From NCBI GenBank assembly GCA_012295275.1, contig CM022677.1:10416001-10480000 (forward strand): a stretch of DNA of 64,000 nt. Direction: 5' to 3'. The notes under the pieces were generated by a model. It was not told the DNA's origin. It saw only the letters and a list, made by a program, of their open reading frames with translations, and made no database searches. The translations under genes and the position numbers were made by a program. Source of the stretch: Chrysomallon squamiferum (lineage: Eukaryota > Animalia > Mollusca). Below, piece by piece: positions 13,150 through 26,932 of the stretch; the first letter of the stretch is position 1, and the number at the start of each line of letters is the position of its first letter.

Positions 13150-14370
13150 ACTGCAGCACTGAGTCAATGGGAAGTTCTAAATGAGTTGCAGCATTGTGAC
13201 CACCACCCTATATTCACAAATTACTATAACAAAAAAACCTTCTCCAACAACTCAATATTTACACCCAAATGAAATTTCACCAAAGCAGACTGGGAAGGAT
13301 TCTACAAAGAATGGAAAAATATTAAAATAAAAATCAACACTGACACATACTGCACTTCACTTACAACATAGACTCAGGCTGTCACTGAAAACCTAAAACC
13401 AAAAATAACAAAATATCCACTGAGTGCTGGACTGAGCTTATTGGAAATAAATATAGAAGACAATATAAAAAAATCCAAAAACAAATCTAAGCAAAAATCA
13501 ATCTATACTTGAAAAATACAAAACAGTCAAAAACATTAGTAATAACAGTTGGTCTTTTTAATGTAACTTGGTAAACAGGAATGATACCAACAGACTGGAA
13601 ACTTGCATAAACCTTACAAATACCATTCACTACCAATCAACTACAGAACAGTTACACTAACTTACACATGTAAAACCCTTGACACACTTGTAAAACATAC
13701 ACCTGAAAAAACACATAAACAACAATAATTTAACAAGTAAATAACAGAACATTACAACAGTTTACTAAATTCCGTTCAGTTAATAAAAAAATAAAGTAAT
13801 TACAGTATTCATAGATTTCTGGCAGATCTCTAAACAACCAAATACAAACATACCTAAACAACTTAAATGACTGCCTTTAAACTGAAAGAAAAAATTTCAC
13901 TTAGACAGCATGCCTCCTCTCCAATAAAGTAAAAGAAAAAAAAACCAGAAAGAAACATAACAGCAAAATAACACTAAAAATAGATAACCATTTAATAACA
14001 AAGAAAATCATTCAAATTCTTAGTATTCACATTTGACAGCCAACTTTGGATGCCACACACAGAAGATAATCACATCTTGTAAAAACTTTTACCAAACATC
14101 ACACTGCCTGACAGGCTAATATATTAGATAATATGCCTGACAGTCTCATGTTAGAATAAAACATACAACACTTGAAATACAGACAAAAACCTACAGATAC
14201 TAAAATATTGTGATTAAATCCACTGTCAGTAATAAACATTAATAAGGAGTTAGGCCCTGATCAACCATTTAAAATTCACATTTCACTACAATTTAATTTT
14301 TAAACAACAGTCAGCCATATTGAAATGGAGACTGGAGTGGGTGAATTTTGCATTCAGCAACTAGTAAAGA
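13150..14370 (+). mobile_element. Degenerate, internally deleted non-LTR retrotransposon (I-group-like LINE, EN/RT relic)
   Basis: Collinear motif remnants with stops: QWEVLNELQHCDHHPIF (endonuclease end, cf. SDH.PI), PK*NFTKADWEGF, LFNVTW*TGMIPTDWKLA, PINYRTVTLT..CKTLD (cf. NYRPISLTS..CK), KFLVFTFDSQLWMPH (cf. KFLG..FD.KL.W..H). Confidence 0.8.
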
Positions 14371-14835
14371 ACTAAAATCAACATTAGTTACACCTTTCAT
14401 CATCAAAACACAAAATCATATTAGTAAGAAACTACATAAAACCCTTACCAGACTGAGAATCAGCTAGTCCACCAATCTAAACACAATCAAATTCAAACAC
14501 AAAATAAACACAACACTAAACTGTAGCTGTGGAATTTCTGAAACCATGAAACATTACTTATTTCTCTGTCCACATTTTTCCAGTGAACACCTAATGCTAC
14601 AGGACACATTCAATGAATTAAACATTGAATTTACATTTAAAAACATCTGGATAGCAACAGTGAAAAACTGAGAGCCAAATTTTAATTCAAACAAATAAAT
14701 AGACACAAATGTTTTACTAAATAAATTGAAAAACATAACATAACATAGCACAGGCTAAAACAAATAAACAAAAAGCAAATACTCCAAAACAAAATAATTA
14801 TATAAATTATTTAATTAACAGATTAACTGACTCAC

Positions 14836-15440
14836 CAGCTGATAGGTTTACTGACACACAGTTTCAGAACATATTTTAAAAGTTCCACATTTTCTTGACA
14901 CAAGGAAGTAAACTGGTTCTGGCTGGTTTGGGCTGATTGGAATGTGAACTTTCTGTACTGACAAATGAAACTGAAGAAGACAATTAGGTTTTTCTTAAAA
15001 ATAAAAATGAAAACAAAATTTAAAATAACAAACAAAAACATACTGCAATATAAAATCAATTAATCTAAGAATTAATAGAATATCCTTAAAATTAGATTTA
15101 CTCCTTTAAATATGTTTCAGAACTGATTCCAGTAAATATCACTTAATCTGTTACAAAAATTACACATTATTCAAATGAATTCTTACCCTGTGCAATAGCA
15201 GTCTGTTGATACTCCCTCCAAAGTGAAGATTCAGTCTCACATGTAGGAAGTATTTTCAAATTGCTCCCTTTGAATCCTGCAACTGACTCAGACAAAATTA
15301 GTCAAAGTCTTGATGAAAATGCTGCAGAAACTGAACTATCCTTTCTCTTCACACATAAAGGTGTGTGAATTAATTTTCTTCTGCCAGATTTCTTTTCTCT
15401 CTCAGAGTTACCCCATTCAGTCTGCAGTGCTGTGGGTTTG
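14836..15440 (-). mobile_element. Degenerate intron-containing DNA transposase relic, Sola-like / DUF7869-type
   Basis: Minus strand reads GNSEREKKSGRRK...LILSESVAGFKGSNLKILPTCETESSLWREY..QG|gtaaga and QKVHIPISPNQPEPVYFLVSRKCGTFKICSE. These match motifs I recall from this family (LPGRVPGFKR.D.KLLPSS.TK..VW..Y; QQVH.P..P.QPGP.YF..PRKC..FGVCCE). Stops present. Family assignment is from memory and not searched. Confidence 0.65.
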
Positions 15441-15972
15441 TTCTGACTAATGTTGTAAAAAAGCAATAAAAGATATAAGCAGACACCAGTAACCCTCCAA
15501 ACACACACACCTCCAAATGTCCTCTATACAAATGAAGGAGAAATTACAAATTAAATGCTGCTTAAATAGGAAAAATACTAATGAAAAAACCCATACAAGT
15601 TCTCTCTGCTTTGTTCATTGGAGTGCTTTGAAGAACTCCCAGCAAAACAAAACAAAAATCTGAATTCTTATATTACTTATACAGTGGCAAATTATTTGAA
15701 ATAACTGTCCTAATTCAGATGACAAAAATTTTTTTTTATAAAAATCATTTTAATGAGTCTTGTTTATCCAGATAAAATATATTACAACTGATTTAACACT
15801 TAAAATGTTCTTATTTCCATAATTCTATCACAGTCTCTAACATAAATAAATAATATTATTCTAGAAGAACTTACTTTTTTCTTCTTCTTCTTATGAATAT
15901 CTGTTACTGACATTTTCAACATGAGACAAATGTCTTTCAACCTGATAATTATGCACGTTATGTCACTAAGCA

Positions 15973-16278
15973 CAAGGCTCGCAATTAAAAAAAACCCATT
16001 AAGGTTTAGTCGCCTAAAAAGTATTTTTTGAATCCTCTCTTTTTTTCTATAAGTTATAACACAAGAGCCACTATTAATAATTTTGTAGCAAATATTTATG
16101 TCAAATAAAAGGTTTGTTCGTAGTTCGATAATTTGAAATTATCGGCTTACTTTAATTTGCCAACATCTAAAATGAAATACGAGAACTCTTTATTAATTAA
16201 AATAGCAATTAAATTTAGTCCTAGTTATACAAATCAGCTGGTAAGACATTTTCAAACAAACCTTGACAAAAATGGAAT

Positions 16279-16334
<56 letters not shown>

Positions 16335-16906
16335 GCTTGGATTTTTCAAAAGAAATAAAAATTAAAGGAAAGCAACGTGAAATGACAGTGAGTAAAGTTT
16401 AGTGTGTGAAAACGAAAAACAATAGCAAATACAAGGTTATAGAGTTATCTTCCATGATAACTTGTTTCCGTTAACCAACCGATAATTTTAACGTAACGCT
16501 CTAAAAGTTCGCTAAATGTGTTCGTTGGCTTCACTTTAACCAATTAAAGGTGGAATTGAAAAGGAAAAACAATAGCAAACAATTAGTTACAGAGCTATCT
16601 CCTATGATAACTTGTTTCGTTAACCAACCGATCATCCTTTAACGTACTGTTTATAAATAGATGTTAGCAAATTATGTAAGCCGATACGTCCAACTTACGG
16701 AACTATGGGCACTCGTTTTATGTGAAATAAATATTTCGATAAAATTATTATAAAATTATTATCTTGTGTTATAACTTTTAGAAAAAAACAGGTAACCCAA
16801 ATAATATTTTTTGGGGCGACTAACCATAATACGTCTAACATCCCAGTCGCCTAAACGGAACTTTGGTCACATTTGGTGACCTGGAGACTGGCCATTTCGA
16901 GTCCTG
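15973..16906. mobile_element. hAT-like non-autonomous foldback element
   Basis: Imperfect TIRs CAAGGCTCGCAAT / ATTTCGAGTCCTG (10/13). ~165-bp subterminal inverted arms at 16006-16170 vs 16659-16823. Internal direct duplication ~16415-16490 vs ~16566-16650. No intact 8-bp TSD. Confidence 0.65.
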
Positions 16907-17852
16907 CATATTATCTCTCATATTAAGAAATCTGTCTGTAATATAAATTGTTATTTTAATGCTGTTTAAATATTTCAGAAGATGTAACTAATTGCATCTA
17001 AGAAAAATGTCCACAGCTATTGGATTCAAAAGATATAGTTACTACTGAGCTACCACATGTAACATTTACTGTAACATTTTCAGATACCCAGTCTGATGAT
17101 CTTCCAGACGACATAGAACATAGACTCCACTGTCATAGCAGTAACCAAGCATTAAATTCTCCTAAATATCTCCCCGATAATGATAATCAGTTATGTTAAC
17201 CAGAAGTGAGAATGTTGATTCAGTGATCAGTTCTACCCTTCCATTTACTTGTGGTCCTTTTATTGATACAGAGCAGGATGTGAATTTGACAGCTGATGCA
17301 GAAGAGATACTGTATTATTTTTTTTCTTCTTTCTTTTTTTTTTTTTTTAATATGTTATTATCTTTGCAAACAATAAATATTTCGAGCTGATATTATTCTA
17401 TTGTAAAAATATAGTTTAAGCGCATTTTAGGTATTTTCTCAGAACAGAATGTTAGAAGTCGAGTTAAACAGACAGAGTAGTAATTTTACATCTCTATAAT
17501 TAATTCTGAATAGAAGGTGTGGCTGGGATTTGATCTCTAAGCCTGTAATTTCAATATTTGGATGACAGCATCCACTGTTAAAATATATATTTGTTTGCGT
17601 TACTATTGCAGAATAATTAATGAATGATTGTAATAAGTGAGGAAATGTATCAATTTATGTAGTGTCTGAGGCAAAAGCTAGAATGTTATTGGTTTTTTTT
17701 TTTAATTTTTTTTTTTGTCCTCATGTTTCTGTTTCACTTATACATGTTTTTTTTCTCTTTGATCATCTTCCTCCTCCGCTTATGATTTTTCTCTTTTTTT
17801 TTGTTTTTTGCCATCAGTTTATTTTTCCTAGGATTATTAGTATTAATATTAA

Positions 17853-17892
<40 letters not shown>

Positions 17893-18499
17893 GTTATTGT
17901 TGTTGTTTTGTTGTTGTTGTTATTTTTGTTATCGCCATTATTATCATTTACTATTATTGTTATTTTTTTAAATAAATATAATTTTTTCCGTTTCTGATGT
18001 TGCCTTGTTTCTCATTATTAATGCAGTTTTCAGATAAATTTGAATGAATTGTTACGAATGCAGTAAACATCTCTACAAAAAACTTTGAACACATTTCTGT
18101 AACAGTAATCTAAATTTTCCAGTGAAGAAATTTGTGAATGTTGTTTATAAATATCATTACAGTTTATTAATCTTGAACTCGGTAGTCTTAGAAAATCAGT
18201 GCTGTGTTGGTTAAACAAGTGCACACTTCAGCATCAAACCTATCTCTGAAAATATATCCTTTTTCATAGAACATGATTATTGTAAACACTCGTGTGAAAA
18301 CAACTGTGATTTCTTCAAGTGAGGATAATGTAAATTGTCTTAACCCATTTGATCGCAGACTGTAAATCATAAAATAAAATACCTGAATTGATATAAGGAA
18401 CACGTTTTTATTAATCTGTGTATATTTCAATAAAAATATTCAGTCATTTTATTTACACATTCATATTCACAAAATAAATTTAGATAGTACAATTTTACA

Positions 18500-18548
<49 letters not shown>

Positions 18549-19435
18549 AGACACACATAATCACATGCAGAAAAATAACATATATTTCATGTTCTGAAGA
18601 GTTTACAAAACAGAACCTTTAATTAAAAGGTTAGTATGTGGCAACATAGTAGCAAATTAAACATTTAAGACAAACATATTCAGATATAATAAACTATATT
18701 TTGATTTAATTAAATATATTTTAATATGTTTACTGAAAAATCATTAACTGTAGTCTTTAATATTAAGTTATTTTATTATTAATATTAAGACTGTATATAA
18801 ATGCGTGAAGTGTTAGATGAATATTGTATTTATTATTGTACTGATATTACTGAAAATTAACTGTGCACCTTTCAGTGTCACAATGTGATACTTTGTTTTA
18901 TGAAAGGAGTAACATGACATTTCGCGACACAATTTACATCTCTCCCTACATGAAATTACATGATTAAACTAAAATTCAGCTAGTATTTATCAAATTATGT
19001 AATTAAGAATATATCATTATATATACTGAGAAAAGTAAGTTAATAATCTAGAATGAAATCCATATTTATTCAATAATATAACCTATAATCTCTAATTAAT
19101 ATAATTTTAAAATGATATATAAATAATACAGACGTGATAAGGGTTTTATTTTGTTATCGATTGGGTAATATTGTCAGTGTAAACAGCGATATTCTTTAGT
19201 TAAATGTGGTTTTATAAAAGTTCACGATTTCTCATGTAATTATATTATAAATAAATCAATTTATTATTATTTTTATCATTATTATCTACTTAGAAGTATT
19301 TAGTTTTTTCTCGACAGAAACAATACACTAAGAATAAATCTGATTTCTCTGATAACTTTACGAGGCCTAATAAAAAATTCGAAGTAATTTTTATATCCGC
19401 ACTCAGAACAGTTCTAATGAAACTAAGAGAATAGC

Positions 19436-19695
19436 GTCAAACATATATAGGAAGCTTCCGTTTTTACAGAAAAATAAAAACAAAATAAAAAATAAAAATA
19501 TTAAGTTGTGTGATTACTGTTGTTGTTGTTATTTAGCTATTGACAAAGAGAGGACTTTGACAAATATGGTGTCAAACATATAGAGGAAGCTTCCGTTTTT
19601 ACAGAAAAATAAAAACAAAATAAAAAATAAAAATATTAAGGTGTGATTACTGTTGTTGTTGTTGTTGTTATTTAGCTGTTGACAAATATGGTGTC
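19436..19695. repeat. 135-bp tandem duplication
   Basis: GTCAAACATATA.AGGAAGCTTCCGTTTTTACAGAAAAATAAAAAC... at 19436 and 19571. Confidence 0.9.
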
Positions 19696-21185
19696 TGCTT
19701 CATTGATAATTACTGGTGGAGTGGTTATTTTAATATCTAATAATAATAAGCTATAATAAGAAATGTAAAATATATTACACTATACAACTTGCGCTGATGT
19801 ACACCTTGTAATGAATGTAATGAAAAATAATAAAATAACATGTTCACCTTCTTTTTCTCATCTAATCAGTACAAACTGTCGTGATTCCAGGGAATGAACT
19901 CAGATATTTTTCAATATAACCTGATATAAATATACGATAATTAATAAAATATGAGATTAACATTTCTCAACATAATTAACTTTCAGATAATTTTTCAATA
20001 TAAACCTGATATTAAATAACTGTCAGTAATGATTAAATTAATAAAATATTTAAGAGTACATAAAAACATTTCTGTTATCAGTAAAATATCACGTTACTTT
20101 TTAATAAAACGGAACTTTCAGTATCTGTAAAATGTTCTCGATATATTTTTGACGTCTAAAATTAATCGGAAGTTCCATCTATATTTTTGAATGTTCACAA
20201 TGAAATCATACCTGTAATTTTCAGTGTTTTGTCGTATAACTAACTGAACATCATCTCACTCACGAAGGATAGTTGAGAAATTTAGAAATAAAGAGGCCTT
20301 CCAAATTCCTAATTGCTCTGTTACTAACAAAATCAGGATTGGTTTTTAGTTGCACCTCAAATGATAATTATATATTGATTTTCTTTTTGTAGACAGGTGT
20401 GTATTGAAAAGCTGAGGTTACTCTGTTAAATATTAGCAAATAATTAATTATATATGAAGTGATATTCATCTTGATATTTATAGTTGAGAAGTATAGTGAA
20501 TATTCAGGAATAAAATATCGCAACCAGATAAAAATGTTATTTTATTAGCAACTGTGATATTAATGTGATATTTCTCAACGTAATTTATGTTGTGTTTACT
20601 ATATCATGTCAGAATAATTATTTACACAGCAAAAGTAACGTAGTGTTTTTTTTAAGACATATCTAAAATAAAAATAAAAACTCTCAGTTGAAGTCTGTCA
20701 AATTTGCTTAATAAAAGTTAATATATCATCAAATTTAAATGGACGTTTTATTTGATTAATCTGAAATTCATCAACATTTTGAGGTTTATTAAACTACTTT
20801 TATTAGGATATATTTGTTTTACAGGCATTATTAAAATTAGAAATTTTTTTATTACCATCGATTTATATAGGTTTCGTCGGAAATTATATATATATATTTT
20901 TTATTATAGCACAAAACATATTGATAATTAGACTTGTAGTGCAGATACTTAACTTTTTTTTCTAAACTAAGAAAAAATGGTAGCTAGTCTGGAAGGATAT
21001 TCATAGTTATTCAAGATATCGGCGGACTACTCTTACAATGTACACGGTTGGTGTCACCGCTACTCTCTAACTATGAATGTTCTGTGTAACACAATGTAAC
21101 TAAAATCCCGTGTAAACTACTACACAAATAGTGCACACGTTTTTAAAATTTATTTTTATAACTCAGTGGTAAAATGAACAGTGTA

Positions 21186-21415
21186 AATAGCGTTATCCTT
21201 AAGTAAAACTGACAACTTATTTTTACTTGTTTATAATTATGTAATGTTTATATATTTTATTCGTGAAAATATCGATATCCTTAACTAAAACTGACACCTT
21301 ATTTTTACTTGTTTATAATTATGTAATGTTTATATATTTTATTCGTGAAAATAGCGATATCCTTAACTAAAACTGACACCTTATTTTTATTTGTTTATAA
21401 TTATGTGATGTTATA
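21186..21415. repeat. 82-bp tandem repeat, ~2.8 copies
   Basis: ATCCTTAA.TAAAACTGACA.CTTATTTTTA.TTGTTTATAATTATGT at 21195, 21277 and 21359. Confidence 0.9.
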
Positions 21416-21503
21416 TGATTGTAAACTGCGCTCGTTTTACAAAATAAACATGATAACTGTATACATAATGGAATATCATTTAAGTTTTCTTCTGTTTTTC
21501 ATA

Positions 21504-21555
<52 letters not shown>

Positions 21556-21689
21556 TAAAAATTAAAATAAACTGAATGTATGCCCTGTATTTCCCAAATT
21601 ACAGGTATTCTGGGGTGTTTTTACTTGAAATTATCATTTTAATCTGTAGTGTAATATAATTTATGACGTTAATGTTGCTCCAGCTCAGG

Positions 21690-21923
21690 TATTCTGATTT
21701 TGGCAAATGATAAGGATACAGAGAAATGTTCTATCTATCCGTCGAAAAAAAAATGCATCAAATCATCTCTGATTTCTTTCCCTGCATCCAGCATGTCCGT
21801 CAGTTTACATCTGTATCTGTGTGTGTGTCTCTGTCTGATGAACATCAATCTTAACTTTCAGCACCTTCTTTTCAGTGATCCATTGCCCCATTAATACTTA
21901 AGAATCTTGTGTCATATACTACA

Positions 21924-22006
<83 letters not shown>

Positions 22007-22750
22007 ACTTTTAAACAAACCTGATTATTTTGTTGTAAATTTCTCATCTGTGTCTTCCTTATCTTTCTCTGGTATCCCACTAAAGATTAAATTGTCACAC
22101 ATGAAGAAAGTTTGTAGGTCATTTTTTTCTTAAGTTTCCAAACTCAGTTTTTAGTTCACATATTTTTTATTTCATACTGTTATTATTATCTCTCATTTCA
22201 TGGGTAGAACTGTTCATATCTGACACAACTGATTTCAAATCTCTGAGATCTTTTTATTGCTTTCAAATTTTTCTTAATATCAATCATTTTACCACTGATA
22301 TCTTGTATTTAATTCCATACTATTCAGTTTTTTTTTTATTGCTTTCAAACTGTTAGTGAATGTAATTCATATCTTGGACTTTTTTCTAAATACCAATCAT
22401 TTTACCACTGATATATCAATTTAATAATGGTTTAAGCACCAACAAACCTTATAATAACTTTCTAATCAGGGTATCTAATTATATACTGAAATCTTGAATA
22501 GCACAAACTGGTGAAATTATCCCAGAATACTGACCCTGGTATTGTCCATATTGTGACTGCTGACACTGTTGAATTGGTGTTGACAGATAAAATGGAGCAG
22601 ATGAACATCTTGTTATTCTGTGTATTTGACATCCTTGTAATAGCGACTTCTTGACCAGCTTGGCTGCTGCTTACCCTTATTTTCTGTTCACTTTCTCCAC
22701 TTATAGTTTTACTGTTATTTTTTCTCTTTTTTCCTTTTTTATTTCATGTT
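21690..22750 (-). mobile_element. Degenerate LINE ORF1-like relic
   Basis: Minus strand ~22130-22030 reads NDLQTFFMCDNLIFSGIPEKDKEDTDEKF, matching the DLQ.RSMRDNL.F.GIPE...E.TE motif of invertebrate LINE ORF1 proteins. Interrupted by (CT)n(CA)n; boundaries approximate. Confidence 0.6.
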
Positions 22751-23314
22751 GCATACTTGCGTATATTTATCAATAATTTACATTGATAAAAACAGATAAA
22801 ATACCTTTAATACTAATAAACATTATATATTTTCACAGAGAGATGAGAGAGATGACTTTCATTTCCATGCATGTGTTAGTGGGAAGTAATGGTTACTCGT
22901 GTTGGGAACATTAAACAACCACACAAAAAATATCAAACAGAACTTGAAGAGACCAAGTAAGTTAACACTGTCTTTTCTTTTTCCTTTCACATGTGTCACT
23001 CTTTAACTGACAAAGATGATAATGATATTTGTATAAAAATTAAGGTAAAAAAATAATTAGAATGAACAATTTTTGTTGCTACTGATGCTACTTAATTATT
23101 GTGTTGGAATTTGAAATGCATTTTTATATTAGTGTTTCAACACTAAAGAAGACAAATTATAAGGTGAAAGTTCAATTATTTGTTGTTTTTATGTTGTAGT
23201 AGCTTGTGTGTGTGTTGTTGTTGTTGTTTTTTGTTGTTTTTTAATTAAAAATATAATATATATAACTTTTGTTTTATTTATTTTTTTTGTTAAGAATGAG
23301 TTTGATTTTGTCAG

Positions 23315-24569
23315 GATCTAAAATATCCATGTCTATGTGTGGATTGAATGATCCTATAAAGGTATGTTTTATTCATTCACTTTTGTGTTTTATAGCTCAT
23401 TTGATTGAGGATGGATTTAATTAAAAGAAGCAAAATTTATTTTTATGCACTGAATAGTATTGAACATTTTATATAAATTTCTGATAAATGTTTACTTTAG
23501 ATAGTATAGAATCAATTTAATAATGGCATAAAATACTTTTTTGTGGTTTGAATTAATTATATCATCTCATTTTAAAATCATAGCAGTTAATTAATTAATT
23601 AGAATTCTCTTGATCTTTTCAGATTAAAAGATTATTATTCTGGATAAGTTTATTGTTGTAGCCAGACTGTAAACTTTTATTTTTATTCAAGTCTAAAACT
23701 AGAATCAGTTCTATTCTGTCCCACAAAAAATTAGTTGTCCTTTATTTTGGGATTTTTGAAAATGAATTATGATTAGCAAGTCTGGTTACACCTTGGTCAT
23801 TTTCAAGGTGGTATTAAATATATTTCTGTCTGTTTGTTTTGGTTAGAGTCATCTGATTGTGTGTAATCATGTCTGCACTTTGTATACTGAATCCCACTAT
23901 ACAGGTTTGAGCAAACACCTGATTAAAACATGTATAATTACATGTAACATGACATGATATCTTCAGTCCTAGTTTTCAGTTATGTCTATTGAAATCATGT
24001 AGAGTTTTTGCATGTTTATGCATTTTATTTATGATGACTTTTTATATTATGCTGAGGTTTCCTTATTTCAGTCATTGCAGACATTAGTTAAATTAGTTCA
24101 GGAAACACATTTTGTGTTCAGCAGTTCGTGTTGCATCCATCATTTTCTATAACTAGCAAAATATCAGCAATATCCAGATTTGTTTTCCCATTAGGACAGC
24201 TGTCTCAGCTGTATATTTTTATTTCAGTTGCCCAACTTTCAGATGAAGAAATAAAAGTAAGTAAATTTTTATTCTGCATTTATTGAGAATTTTACTTAAA
24301 GATGTGATTTAGTTGTGATTTTAGATTAATGATATCTCAATTTATGTCTTGAGATCTTTCAATGTGATAAACAATACTTATGTGAAAAAGATTATTTATT
24401 CAGTTAGAGTAGGTTCTTTGTTCTATGCTTTTAATTTTTATTACACATTTAGGTTTAACTTATTATACTAGACAATCTTCACAGAGTTTAGTCTGAAAAT
24501 AAAATAACAAGCTTATGAAAAAAGTCATTTTTTAGACAGACATGCTAAAAATCAAACAACATACACACT

Positions 24570-24608
<39 letters not shown>

Positions 24609-24948
24609 TATATGTTACACTATATCCTCAGTCTATCAGTAATTTTATGTTTGCTACTGACAAAATGATGTCAGAACTAATAAAATGTATGCTTATTATT
24701 TTATAAACATACATTATTATTTTCAGTGTAATGTTACTTGAATGTTTTTATATATATATATTAAGGTTTATTTTTGGTATCTTAAACAGACTTTTCTTGT
24801 GTCGCCTCTTTAACTGACAAAGATGATAATGATATTTATATAGAAATTGATGTGAATTGAAATATCTTAAGAATTTATTCATATATTTGTTGTCACTGAT
24901 GTACTTAATTAAGGATGGCATTGTGTTTGGGTTTTTTTTTTGTTGTTG

Positions 24949-24992
<44 letters not shown>

Positions 24993-26477
24993 CAAAATAA
25001 TTATTTAATTTCAGGAAACAGTTAATGTCAGTGGAAAAGCCTTTTGACAGCAATTTTACAGAAATAGGTAATGTTATTAGCAATTCTTAGACAACAATCT
25101 ATGAATTTTACAAATTTAATAACTGACAATTAATTATTAAATATGATTGGAAAGTAAAATGCAATTTTGTATTAGTTACTTAACTTTAAAGAAGACAATT
25201 TAAAAGGTGAAAGTTGCAGTATTTTTTTTTTTAATTTGTTGTAGTAGTTTGTTTTGTTTTTTGTTTTGTTTTTTTAATTAAAAATATAATATGTATAATT
25301 TATTTTATTTATTTTGATTTTTTTGGTCCAGGTTCTGAAAGATCCATGAATTTGTGTGGATTGAATGCTGCTCTAAAGGTATGTTTTATTCATTCACTTT
25401 TAATGTTTTAAGAATGAATTTAATCAAAAGTAGCAATGCCGACAATTTATTTTAATGTACAGAATAGTGTTGATAATTTTATATAAATGTTTCATAAAGG
25501 ATCTTGATATTTTAAATGTTATTTAGTTTAGATAGTAATCGAATCAATGTAATAATGGCTCATGCACTAACAATCCTTGTAATAATTTGCATGTCAGCCT
25601 AATAGAGTAGTGAACAGAACAGTTGTATAAATTTGTAATTTGCTTTTTATTAATATCTGACTCAGATCTGAAATACATTTAATACTTTATGTTGTAGGGC
25701 TAAAGATATTTATAATATTTTAAAATTTAGTATATGGATGTAATTTAGCTGGATTTGAAGGTCATTTGAAGATACATAAATTGGGTTGAAAGATTTAGCT
25801 TCTTTTCTTATTTTATCTCATGCATGTGTAATGTTAAAATTATAATTAAATATTTTAATTAATCAAATCAGTTGTTGTTTATGATGTAACCTATCACGAT
25901 TGTTAATGGTTAATTAAAGATTGTCAGAATAATCTCAAATGTATTTTCATCATGTTAGAATTTCAAGTGGAATCAGTATTAGAAGACCAAAGTTGACTAA
26001 GTTACAGATTTATTCAAATAATTTAAAAATATTTTTCATAATCTCTTTTACTGATGTATTGCTATTTTAATCCTTTTATATCAAAGTTAAAAAAAATATT
26101 AAACTGATTCAAATTAAGAATATAAAAACATTTAATAAAATATTTTTATTACTAAAATTGTATGGAAAAAACAAAAATGTGGACTAAAATTTTTCTTGCT
26201 AAGACAGTGAAATGCAGTTAGAACTGAAAAGAAAAATACTACTTGCACTTTATTTTATAATTAGTTTATTAATGAATATTATATTTTGTTGTAGGATCTT
26301 AGACAACAGATTGAAGCTGCCTCAGCAAGCACTTCAGTTGAAAATGTTGTAAGAACCAGAATGCTATTACATCACAGTCTTCCCTGTCCAGAGAAAGCTC
26401 AACACTTTCAAGAGAAAATCTGTCTGAAATGTAATTTGAATTTCAAAAACTCAGTGATCTCCAAGAGACTGCATTGA
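23315..26477 (+). pseudogene. Cryptic chain of small exons (23315-23361, 24228-24256, 25015-25067, 25332-25378, 26295-26477); unknown product, probably disrupted
   Basis: Each segment has a pyrimidine-rich AG acceptor, and the first four have GTAAGT/GTATGT/GTAATG donors. The last four splice to AQLSDEEIK|ETVNVSGK(PFDSNFTEIG)|SERSMNLCGLNAALK|DLRQQIEAASASTSVENVVR... if one A is removed from GGAAAAG at ~25035. Confidence 0.4.
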
Positions 26478-26684
26478 CAATCTGATCAGAACATCCAGTG
26501 TACACATTGTACTTCATAGCAGCTTGCACTGTTTTTATCATTGATCTGTGCTTGGTTATTCTAATTTTTATCACTGAAAGAGAAATGGAGATTCATCACT
26601 GCTATGGAATGCCATCTTTGTAAACAAGCTAAAATTAATGTGATAGTGCATAGAGGTGTTACATTTTTTAATCATCTACTTTTT

Positions 26685-26932
26685 ATATTATTTAAATCGG
26701 GGAAAATGAAGGGTTTGCTGGGATAATCAATGTAAATATATTTCAAATTAGGTAATTACAGTAATTAGAATTTTTCAAAAAAAAAAAGAAGTAACTCATG
26801 AAAAAAATAAAAAATGTTTTTTTTTCTTTCTTTCTTTGTCATATTTTAAATCGGGGAAAATCAAGGGTTGCTGGGGGTAATCATTGTATAAATATATTTA
26901 AAATTATGTAATTAGGGATAATTAGAATTTGT
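26685..26932. repeat. ~90-bp direct duplication
   Basis: TTTAAATCGGGGAAAAT.AAGGGTT.GCTGGG..TAATCA.TGTA..AATATATTT.AAATTA.GTAATTA..GTAATTAGAATTT occurs twice, ~155 bp apart. Confidence 0.8.

Noticed and set aside
17084-18420. Complex-sequence islands after TTTCAG acceptors
   Set aside because: Stops in all frames and no recognisable motif; cannot support a gene or TE call.
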